Source: a bacterium (lineage in GTDB: Bacteria > Babelota > Babeliae > Babelales > RVW-14). From it: a DNA stretch of 42,679 bases. The notes beneath the pieces are model-generated. The model was not told where the DNA came from. It did no database searches and worked only from the letters and a program-made list of their open reading frames with translations. The DNA lies in contig JAHFBQ010000002.1 in assembly GCA_023249935.1 (NCBI GenBank), positions 1 through 42,679 of the forward strand, in the 5' to 3' direction. Shown here piece by piece: positions 35,587-42,679 of this stretch; position 1 is the stretch's first letter, and every line of letters starts with the position of its first letter. A program made the translations under genes and the position numbers.

Positions 35587-36856
35587 TAAGTGTTGCAATT
35601 AATCCTATTGCGAAAAATGATAAGAACGAAATCGATACACCATATTTGATCATGTTTGAGAGACATAATCCAATAACATAAGAGCAGGTCCCGATTGCTA
35701 GTACTGGGATAAAACGCGGGATATTAAGAAGTCCTTGCTTTCCTGCATTGATAGCTGCGACACAGGTCATAAGAAAACAACTGAACATGCTAAAGATCAC
35801 CATGTTTTGCAGTGGAAGTTGTTGTGTAGAGATACCGATCATGGTAATTGATGTCAATGCTTGTACTACGAGTGCCACCCATGGTGATCCGTAACTATTT
35901 GTTCGCGTAAGAAGCTTTGTGCATGGTAAGTGATCATTGTTTGCTAGGGTGTACAAATTCCAACAATTGCCGCCAAGAATAAAAAATGCACCGCCGGTAA
36001 TCGATGCAAAAACGAGGCCATTTATAATTTTTGCAACCAACACATTATTGCCAAGCAGGGCAAATCCAAGATTAAGCATTGGTTCTTTAGCTTGAGCTAG
36101 ACTATCTCCAAGTGATCCGAGGAGGGCGATTTGAAATAAGATCGTTGCAATACTTACAATAGAAAAAGCAATAAGAATTGTGCGACGAATGTTGCGTGCT
36201 GGATTTTGGATAAAGCCGCCAATAGCGCAGATAATTTCAAAACCAATCAACGCATAGAGGCAGGCAGGAAGTGCAGTTCCTAGGGTACCAAATGAGAGAT
36301 CAGTTGATATAAAATTAACGTTAGTGCCATCAAACATCAAAAACCCGGCGAGGAGTCCGAAAATGAGGGGAGTGAATTTCATGGCGGAAAAAAGGTATTG
36401 AATTTTACTTGTGATTGAAATGCCGATTATATGAAGAGTAGTCAGTAAACCAATGAGAGTTGCATCTAATACGAGAGGGTGAAAATTTTGTAGTACAGCA
36501 AAATGATTGTAAAAAAATGTATTAACGGTGTGAGTTAAGAACGCGGCTGAGGTTGCTTTGCCTAAAAAATAGGTCCAGCCACTTAGAAAACCAGCAAATG
36601 GGTTGATATACTGTTTGCTATATACGTACAGGCCGCCAGAAACTGGTTGCAAGCACGCGAGCTCAGCGATTGAAAGAATTATAGGAAGCATGAGTAGCGA
36701 GGAGATGATATAGCCGAGCGGGCTAAAGGCGCCCATAGTTTCAGCAAGCTGTCTTGGATTGACGAAAAAACCGCCGCCGATCATAGTCATGAGTGCTAAT
36801 AAAACAGCAGAAGTAGGGGTTAATGTCTTTTTCGTCATGATAAGTGGTGCCTTCAC
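35552..36856 (-). CDS. APC-superfamily amino acid permease
   Basis: 434 aa and about 12 TM, with N-terminal LALMTMIGGGFF typical of APC transporters. An alternative ATG start lies at 36838. The 3' end overlaps gpmI by 35 nt. Confidence 0.8.
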   Translation of the reverse strand: MKAPLIMTKKTLTPTSAVLLALMTMIGGGFFVNPRQLAETMGAFSPLGYIISSLLMLPIILSIAELACLQPVSGGLYVYSKQYINPFAGFLSGWTYFLGKATSAAFLTHTVNTFFYNHFAVLQNFHPLVLDATLIGLLTTLHIIGISITSKIQYLFSAMKFTPLIFGLLAGFLMFDGTNVNFISTDLSFGTLGTALPACLYALIGFEIICAIGGFIQNPARNIRRTILIAFSIVSIATILFQIALLGSLGDSLAQAKEPMLNLGFALLGNNVLVAKIINGLVFASITGGAFFILGGNCWNLYTLANNDHLPCTKLLTRTNSYGSPWVALVVQALTSITMIGISTQQLPLQNMVIFSMFSCFLMTCVAAINAGKQGLLNIPRFIPVLAIGTCSYVIGLCLSNMIKYGVSISFLSFFAIGLIATLTIRFSKTAAQP

Positions 36857-36903
36857 TCGCTAGGGAGTTAAAAAAGTTTGAAATAAGAAGAAGTGTAGCA
36901 CAT

Positions 36904-37455
36904 CTACTTTTTCAATCCAGTAGCGATTAAAAAGAGTGTTGGCTTGATGACAAAATCGCCAATGATAAAAGGTATGAACCCGTGAATAATGGCGAGTGAA
37001 ACAGGCATAAACGTGCTTAAATATCCAACGCCACAGGTGAAAGCCACGATCATGGCTACAGCGTAAGCGACGTATGTTAGCAATATGTTTGTTGCGCTAT
37101 TACGAAGCGTGACCAATAGCACAGCTCCAATAAGAAAGCCAATAAGATAGCCCCCTGTTGGGCCAAGGAGATGAACAAGTCCACCAGAAAAACCAGAAAA
37201 TATTGGTGCTCCTAGTGCACCTTGAGCAAGATACATTCCATATCCAGCAACGCCGCGCCAACCTAAAAGCCATGCAGCTAGAAGTACAGGTAAGGGTTGG
37301 AGGCTTAAAGGAACAGGAGAAAATGGTAATGGGATAATAATTTGCGAGGAAATGAAAAAAGCGACAGGGAGGAAGATGAGATAATCAAGATGTAGTGCCT
37401 GAACTTTTGAAAAAGTCTTGTGGGCAATTGTTGCCAGAGCTTGTACAAATGTCAT
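36904..37455 (-). CDS. bioY: Biotin transporter S-component BioY
   Basis: 183 aa and 6 TM. BioY-like PVPLSLQPLPVLLAAWLLGWRGVAG. Confidence 0.85.
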   Translation of the reverse strand: MTFVQALATIAHKTFSKVQALHLDYLIFLPVAFFISSQIIIPLPFSPVPLSLQPLPVLLAAWLLGWRGVAGYGMYLAQGALGAPIFSGFSGGLVHLLGPTGGYLIGFLIGAVLLVTLRNSATNILLTYVAYAVAMIVAFTCGVGYLSTFMPVSLAIIHGFIPFIIGDFVIKPTLFLIATGLKK

Positions 37456-37614
37456 AGAGGATCCTTTCTTTAAACCAAAATCCTAACCCATAAATTCCAT
37501 CGATGCAATCGCCTTGGACTTACGCCATGGATACCGGTATTTACAAAAATTCAATCTATTCGTATCCTTGTCTGGCATAAATCAACAAGCCGTATGGTTA
37601 CCCAAGGAGTTTTT

Positions 37615-39603
37615 ATGGATGTCCTACAATTTTCCATGATTTTTGTCGGCATTGCCCTGGCAGGGCTTGCATTGACAGCGCTTATTTTTGCCAAAGTAGT
37701 CAGCTTTAAAAATACGGATGTCCGCTCGGCGCATATCGCGCGGCTTATTCGTGAAGGAGCTATGACTTTTCTGTTCAAGGAATACGCCATTTTGGTAGGT
37801 GTTATAGCAGTTGCCTTTGCATTGCTTTCATACGTGATGCATCTTGCTGGCGGCGCGGCTTATGCTGTGGGGGCATTGTCTTCTATGTTAGCTGGTTACA
37901 TCGGTATGAAGGCGGCTACACGTGCTAACGAGGCAACGACCATCGCGGCAAGAGACCGTGGCGAACGCAGCGCATTTTTAACCGCTCTTTTGGGTGGTTC
38001 AGTCATGGGCTTTGTTGTGGCAAGTTTGGGACTGCTTGGTCTTGGCGGGATCTTCTTTCTTTGTGCTAGTCATGATCCACTTGAGTTTGTAAAAATTTTG
38101 ACATGTTTTGGTCTTGGTGCTAGCTCAATCGCTCTGTTTGCTCGCGTGGGCGGAGGTATTTATACCAAAGCTGCTGACGTTGGCGCAGACTTGGTTGGCA
38201 AAGTTGAAATGGGGATTCCTGAGGACGATCCACGTAACCCTGCGGTGATTGCTGATAACGTTGGTGATTGTGTTGGTGATACTGCTGGTATGGGTGCTGA
38301 TATATTTGAATCATATGTTGGTTCTGTCGTTGGCGCAATGGCGCTAGGTGTGACAGCTTTTGCAGGCAGACTTGAATATATCTCCTTGCCAATTATGCTG
38401 TGCGCGATTGGCTTGATTGCATCCTGCTTTGGCATGTTGTCTTCTTTTATTATTCGCATGAAAATCAGACACTTACTTCATATGGCAACTTACATCGCAA
38501 TTGCTGTTTTTGTTGCCGGTTCATATGCGTATCTTTCGTACATGAATATGAATATGAATCTTTTTGGTTCCATTGCATTGGGTGCTATTTCAGGTCTTAT
38601 TATTGGAGCTGTAACTGATTACTACACCAGTGGTCGCCCAATAAGACAATTGGCAGAGACATCAAAATCTGGAGCTGGAACAAATCTAATTTTTGGGCTT
38701 TCCATTGGTTTTGAATCTGTTGTTGCACCGATCTGTGCAATCGCTGTTATTGTATTTATTTCGCACGAATACTTTGGTGGATTATTTGGTGTATCGCTTG
38801 CAGCAGTTTCTATGTTGGCAACCGTTGGTATCACCATGACAATCGATGGTTATGGGCCGATAGCTGACAATGCTGGTGGTATTTCAGAAATGTCTGGGTT
38901 TGGTCCTGAAGTGAGAAAAATTACCGATCACCTTGATGCGCTTGGCAACATGACTGCCGCGCTTGGTAAGGGCTTTGCAATAGGTTCTGCTGTGTTTGCA
39001 GCCTTGGCAATCTTTGCTGCTTATTGTGAATATTCACATATCACAAGCCTTGATCTTCAAGATCCATTGGTAATTACTGGTCTCTTTATTGGTGCTACCT
39101 TGCCATACTTACTCTCTGCATTTACGATGCGCGCCGTAGGCCGTGCTGCGTGGAAGATGGTGATTGAAGTACGTCGTCAATTCAAAGAGATTCCAGGTCT
39201 GATGGAAGGTAAAACTGAGCCTGATTACAGTCGTTGCATTGGTATCTCAACGCATGCTGCATTGGTTGAAATGATCGTTCCAGGGTTGATTACTATTGCA
39301 GCTCCAGTATTTATCAAATACATTTTTGGCATCCATGGCAAGATGGCCCTTGGTGGTTTCTTGGCAGGCGCGACGGTGTCTGGTGTTTTACTTGCGCTGA
39401 TGATGGCAAACGCTGGTGGCGCATGGGATAACGCTAAGAAGTTTATCGAAGCAGGTAATTTTGGTGGGAAAGGCAGCGACGCGCACAAGGCGGCAGTTGT
39501 TGGTGATACTGTTGGGGACCCATTCAAAGACACATCAGGTCCATCTCTCAATATCTTGATTAAACTTATGTCGATGATTTCGCTCTTATTGGCGATGATC
39601 TAA
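37615..39603 (+). CDS. hppA: Membrane-integral pyrophosphatase, K+-dependent type with Na+-pump-like gate residue
   Basis: Motifs DNVGDCVGDTAGMGADIFESY, GNMTAALGKGFAIGSA and DTVGDPFKDTSGPSLNILIKLM. ATG at 37615 is preceded by AAGGAG. Confidence 0.95.
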   Translation: MDVLQFSMIFVGIALAGLALTALIFAKVVSFKNTDVRSAHIARLIREGAMTFLFKEYAILVGVIAVAFALLSYVMHLAGGAAYAVGALSSMLAGYIGMKAATRANEATTIAARDRGERSAFLTALLGGSVMGFVVASLGLLGLGGIFFLCASHDPLEFVKILTCFGLGASSIALFARVGGGIYTKAADVGADLVGKVEMGIPEDDPRNPAVIADNVGDCVGDTAGMGADIFESYVGSVVGAMALGVTAFAGRLEYISLPIMLCAIGLIASCFGMLSSFIIRMKIRHLLHMATYIAIAVFVAGSYAYLSYMNMNMNLFGSIALGAISGLIIGAVTDYYTSGRPIRQLAETSKSGAGTNLIFGLSIGFESVVAPICAIAVIVFISHEYFGGLFGVSLAAVSMLATVGITMTIDGYGPIADNAGGISEMSGFGPEVRKITDHLDALGNMTAALGKGFAIGSAVFAALAIFAAYCEYSHITSLDLQDPLVITGLFIGATLPYLLSAFTMRAVGRAAWKMVIEVRRQFKEIPGLMEGKTEPDYSRCIGISTHAALVEMIVPGLITIAAPVFIKYIFGIHGKMALGGFLAGATVSGVLLALMMANAGGAWDNAKKFIEAGNFGGKGSDAHKAAVVGDTVGDPFKDTSGPSLNILIKLMSMISLLLAMI

Positions 39604-39608
39604 ATATT

Positions 39609-39634
39609 TGTCATCCCGGATCAAGTCCGGGATC
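39609..39634 (+). repeat. GTCATCCC-type small hairpin repeat, copy B
   Basis: TGTCATCCCGGATCAAGTCCGGGATC. 8-bp stem ATCCCGGA/TCCGGGAT with loop TCAAG. Confidence 0.7.
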
Positions 39635-39638
39635 TCTG

Positions 39639-39683
39639 AAAAGTAAAACCGGCTTCGAGAAATTGAGGCCGGTTTTACTTTTT
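39639..39683 (+). terminator. Rho-independent terminator of hppA
   Basis: About 15-bp outer stem AAAAGTAAAACCGGC/GCCGGTTTTACTTTT, extended by an inner helix closing a GAAA tetraloop. Ends in a T-run. Confidence 0.75.
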
Positions 39684-39761
39684 CAGCTATGTTTTTACGA
39701 CTGAGAATGGTACAATTCCGCGAACATCATTGAAAACGGTTCAAAGGATTAAGGAGTTGTG

Positions 39762-40361
39762 ATGCAAAAATTGTGTAGTTTAATTGTGGTGGGATTGTTG
39801 TTTAGTGTTTCTGTGCAGGCAAAAATAGATCCGCTATCAAAAATTGAGATCAAGAGTAACCGTGCTTTTACTTCGCCGCTCAAACAAGAGCCGGGATTTT
39901 ATTTAGTGCGCTATGAGCAAGATGTACGGGTTGATTTGGCTGACAAGACACATATGACTGCTGAAATTTTAGAAGTTGTTGTAGCGCGCAAAGCGTTAAA
40001 GAAAGCAAAAATGGGTGATGCTCAAAATATTCCCGCGCAAAAAGTAGCGGCGAGTAATCAACAATTAAAGTCAGTGGTGTTTAAGGGTAATGTAAAAATT
40101 AACCGCTTGAACCATTCGGTGCGATCGGATCGAGCAGAGCTTTTGGTGGAAAAAAAACAATGCACAGTGCAGGGGAATGTTCACATCGTGCAGAAAAAGA
40201 ATGTCGCAAACGATATTCCAGTTGTTATTGATAGTGAGAAGGCAGTGCTTGACCTGACAACAGAAAAATTACTGCTTGTTGGTAGCGAGAAAACTCCTGT
40301 ATGTACTACCTTTGAACTTGTGCGTCCAAATAAAGAAAAAAATCCTTATCCGCATGAATAA
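39762..40361 (+). CDS. Periplasmic LptA/OstA-like protein
   Basis: Signal peptide MQKLCSLIVVGLLFSVSVQA. Repeated beta-jellyroll-like segments (FKGNVKINR..., VQGNVHIVQ...). AAGGAG lies 5 nt upstream. The family call is tentative. Confidence 0.45.
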   Translation: MQKLCSLIVVGLLFSVSVQAKIDPLSKIEIKSNRAFTSPLKQEPGFYLVRYEQDVRVDLADKTHMTAEILEVVVARKALKKAKMGDAQNIPAQKVAASNQQLKSVVFKGNVKINRLNHSVRSDRAELLVEKKQCTVQGNVHIVQKKNVANDIPVVIDSEKAVLDLTTEKLLLVGSEKTPVCTTFELVRPNKEKNPYPHE

Positions 40362-42174
40362 GATAAAAGTTTTATCGCCTCATGAAGCGCAAAAAATTGC
40401 TGCCGGTGAGATTGTTGAGCGACCTGCTCACGTTCTCAAGGAATTGCTTGAGAATGCGATTGATGCAGGAGCTACACAAGTTTCTGTCTTCATTAAAGAT
40501 GCGGGTAAGCAATGTATTCGTATTGTAGATGATGGCTGTGGTATGTCGTATGATGACGCGGTTTTGTGTGTAGCCTCTCATGCAACGAGCAAAATTTCTT
40601 CGGTTGATGAATTGTCGCAGATAACGACCTATGGTTTTCGAGGTGAGGCACTTGCAAGTGTTGCAGCTGTTTCTAGGCTTACGATTACTACGCGTAACAA
40701 GGAACTTGATTATGGGTGGCAGCTTAGGTTTGAGCGAGGTACGGTTAGCAATGCGCAACGTGTTGCTATAGAATGTGGTACTGATCTTGAAGTGCGGGAT
40801 CTTTTTTATAATATTCCAGCCCGTAAAAAATTTTTGAAACAAGACGAAACCGAATGGAATCAGCTTCAGCAGTTAGTCCATGCTATTGCGTTAAGCCACT
40901 TGAACGTTACCTTTAAACTGTTTCGTGATGACAAATCAGTGCTTCATGCGCCGCGAGCGGCTAATCTGCAAGATAGAGTCGCCCAATTGTGGGGTGTAAG
41001 TACGGCTCAACAATTTCTTGCGGTTAATCAGGGCGATGAAAAAGAGGTACGCATTCAAGGTGTTATTACTTCTCATCAGGCTTGGCGGTATGGTAAGCAC
41101 CAGATTTTTTTCTTTGTAAATGGCCGCTGGGTAAAAGATGTTGAGCTAGTCAAGGCATTGCTCAGGGGCTATAACAATGTGTTACCAATTGGCAAATTTC
41201 CAGCCGCTGTAATCATGATTTCAATCGATCCAGCTGTGATTGATGTAAACGTTCATCCTAAAAAAGAAGAAGTGCGTTTTACCAAGCCGCAGCTTGTCAG
41301 CAATGCAGTAATACAGGCTGTACAGGCGACGTTGCGTGTTGAGACTACTAAGACAATAAGTTCTGAGTCGGTAAGGCAAATTATTGTAGATAACGTAAGT
41401 AATGAGAGTGGCTGGCCACGATTAGCAAATAGGCCGCCAGCATTTCATCAACTAGGGAATGTGTTTGAGTCGTCTGCTAGCGGTAGTCGTTTTGAAGATA
41501 ATCGAGGTATGGATTCCAAGATCTTGGTACCCGCCTCCTCTGTCATTCCAGGCAAGGATCTGGGATCCAGAGCTATTCCTATCCCAGCATCCTCTATCTT
41601 TTCTGGTAAACTCATCGGCCAAATCTTAAATACTTACCTCATCGTCGAGCAAGCCGATGGTATTGTGCTTGTTGATCAACATGCAGCTCATGAGCGTATT
41701 CTCTATGAACGAATGAAAGATCGCATGGTTGCTCGTGAATCGTCGTTATTGATTTTTCCGCAGATGGTGGCGCTTACGGTAGATGAATTAACAGCTCTAG
41801 AACGCTTCGAAGAATTGTTCCTCAGCTTTGGTATAGAGGGCGATAGGGTTGGTCCGCAAACTCTTGCAATCAAGGCCGTACCCTTAGGGATTGCACATGT
41901 CGATCTAGAAGAACTGCTACATCAAGCGGCTGCACTTATTATAGAAGAAGATCATCTTGATCCAGATGCTATCAGTACAAAGTTATATGAGCATGTACAC
42001 AGCCATCTTGCGTGCAAGCGGGCTGTTAAAGCTGGAGATGTTCTTACGCACATTCAAATGGAGCGCTTACTGGCTGATCTTTTGACTATTGAAAAGCCGT
42101 TTATCTGTATTCATGGCCGACCGACATACTGGCGGTTGGGACAATCTGAGTTAGAGAAATTTTTTCGGCGGTAG
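40354..42174 (+). CDS. mutL: DNA mismatch repair protein MutL
   Basis: GHKL ATPase motifs IAAGEIVERPAHVLKELLENAIDAGA, DDGCGM and GFRGEALASV. C-terminal endonuclease-type motif DQHAAHERILYE. Start at MNKIKVL overlaps the upstream stop by 8 nt. Confidence 0.95.
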   Translation: MNKIKVLSPHEAQKIAAGEIVERPAHVLKELLENAIDAGATQVSVFIKDAGKQCIRIVDDGCGMSYDDAVLCVASHATSKISSVDELSQITTYGFRGEALASVAAVSRLTITTRNKELDYGWQLRFERGTVSNAQRVAIECGTDLEVRDLFYNIPARKKFLKQDETEWNQLQQLVHAIALSHLNVTFKLFRDDKSVLHAPRAANLQDRVAQLWGVSTAQQFLAVNQGDEKEVRIQGVITSHQAWRYGKHQIFFFVNGRWVKDVELVKALLRGYNNVLPIGKFPAAVIMISIDPAVIDVNVHPKKEEVRFTKPQLVSNAVIQAVQATLRVETTKTISSESVRQIIVDNVSNESGWPRLANRPPAFHQLGNVFESSASGSRFEDNRGMDSKILVPASSVIPGKDLGSRAIPIPASSIFSGKLIGQILNTYLIVEQADGIVLVDQHAAHERILYERMKDRMVARESSLLIFPQMVALTVDELTALERFEELFLSFGIEGDRVGPQTLAIKAVPLGIAHVDLEELLHQAAALIIEEDHLDPDAISTKLYEHVHSHLACKRAVKAGDVLTHIQMERLLADLLTIEKPFICIHGRPTYWRLGQSELEKFFRR

Positions 42175-42679
42175 CAGTTGCAGGTTTTTCCTCAAGTGTT
42201 ACAAATCCTCCGCCAGCTCGAGCAAGTGCATCAGCATGCAAACTTAGAAGGGTTGCAAAGTAGATTCGTTCCAAATTTGACTGTGCTGGGACACCGGTTC
42301 TAACCGTCTGGAAAAACTCTGTAATCAATTCCTTGTGTCCCTTTTCAGGTTGCTTGCTGCGTAAATCAAAGTGAGCTGGTAAATTGTAGCCGTGCAAGCT
42401 CTTGTAATCATCCATGGCGATGCATTTGCCATCGACAAAAATTTCCATAAATTCTTTCCCGCGCTGTTCATGTCCCAGTGCTGTGTAGATGAGGGTGCAC
42501 ACTGATCCATCACTCATGCCTATGGTAATGCTGACATTATCATTACTGGCAACATCACTTGTTTTTGGCTTGAGAGCTGTTACATGAAGGGTGCGTGGTT
42601 GTGCATTGGTGAGATAGCAGAAGAGTTCAAAAATGTGGCAAGCTTCGCCAATGATTCTACCTCTGTGGATATCAGATTG
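42101..42679 (-). CDS. Gfo/Idh/MocA-family oxidoreductase, C-terminal part (5' end lies beyond the window)
   Basis: The reading frame stays open from 42517 to the window edge (..IHRGRIIGEACHIFELFCYL..), which is typical of the Gfo/Idh/MocA C-terminal alpha/beta domain. The 3' end overlaps mutL by 74 nt. Confidence 0.65.
   Translation of the reverse strand, partial: QSDIHRGRIIGEACHIFELFCYLTNAQPRTLHVTALKPKTSDVASNDNVSITIGMSDGSVCTLIYTALGHEQRGKEFMEIFVDGKCIAMDDYKSLHGYNLPAHFDLRSKQPEKGHKELITEFFQTVRTGVPAQSNLERIYFATLLSLHADALARAGGGFVTLEEKPATATAEKISLTQIVPTASMSVGHEYR

Noticed and set aside
40276-40353. Extended MutL N-terminus (MLVARKLLYVLPLNL...) from the ORF track
   Set aside because: This stretch overlaps the LptA-like gene. 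The conserved MutL N-terminus begins at MNKIKVLSPHEAQKIAAGE (ATG at 40354).
1-42679. Search by eye for CRISPR arrays, IS elements, transposases, integrases, phage genes, rRNA and tRNA genes
   Set aside because: No regularly spaced repeats, no DDE- or tyrosine-recombinase-like ORFs, and no cloverleaf tRNA sequences were found apart from the tRNA-like domain of the tmRNA. A proper tRNAscan, Infernal or CRISPR-finder run should confirm this.

Overview
Gene-dense chromosomal window, roughly 40% GC by eye, from a diderm bacterium. The gene set looks reduced and host-associated, possibly a candidate-phylum lineage such as Dependentiae, but that is inference only. About 36 CDS abut or overlap, several as convergent pairs with overlapping 3' ends. 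I found no rRNA, tRNA, CRISPR array, transposase or integrase.

Recognisable content: class I ribonucleotide reductase beta subunit, EamA transporter, two Omp85/BamA paralogs, two GT-B glycosyltransferases, PEP synthase, RsmA, RsmE, TsaB, a textbook tmRNA (ssrA) with a consensus promoter, a giant MscK-like channel, RecO-like, MltA, nucleotide-sugar dehydrogenase, iPGM, an APC permease, BioY, a membrane pyrophosphatase, an LptA-like protein, MutL, and a partial Gfo/Idh/MocA oxidoreductase.

Things worth a second look:
1. An orphan Fo-like module: a small AtpI/AtpR-like protein, an a subunit, and a single 316-aa polypeptide made of four fused c-subunit hairpins. No b or F1 genes occur anywhere in the 42.7 kb.
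2. A perfect 43-bp direct repeat, exactly 1920 bp apart, bracketing a nucleotidyltransferase/HEPN toxin-antitoxin pair plus an S66 LD-carboxypeptidase.
3. A small GTCATCCC-type hairpin repeat family whose stems carry compensatory changes.
4. Class Ic signatures (Phe at the radical site, Glu as first metal ligand) in the RNR R2.
5. Na+-pump-type residues in the pyrophosphatase.
6. Several lineage-specific secreted proteins, including a long coiled-coil protein with DP[YL]A repeats.

All functional calls rest on motif recognition by eye. No searches were run.
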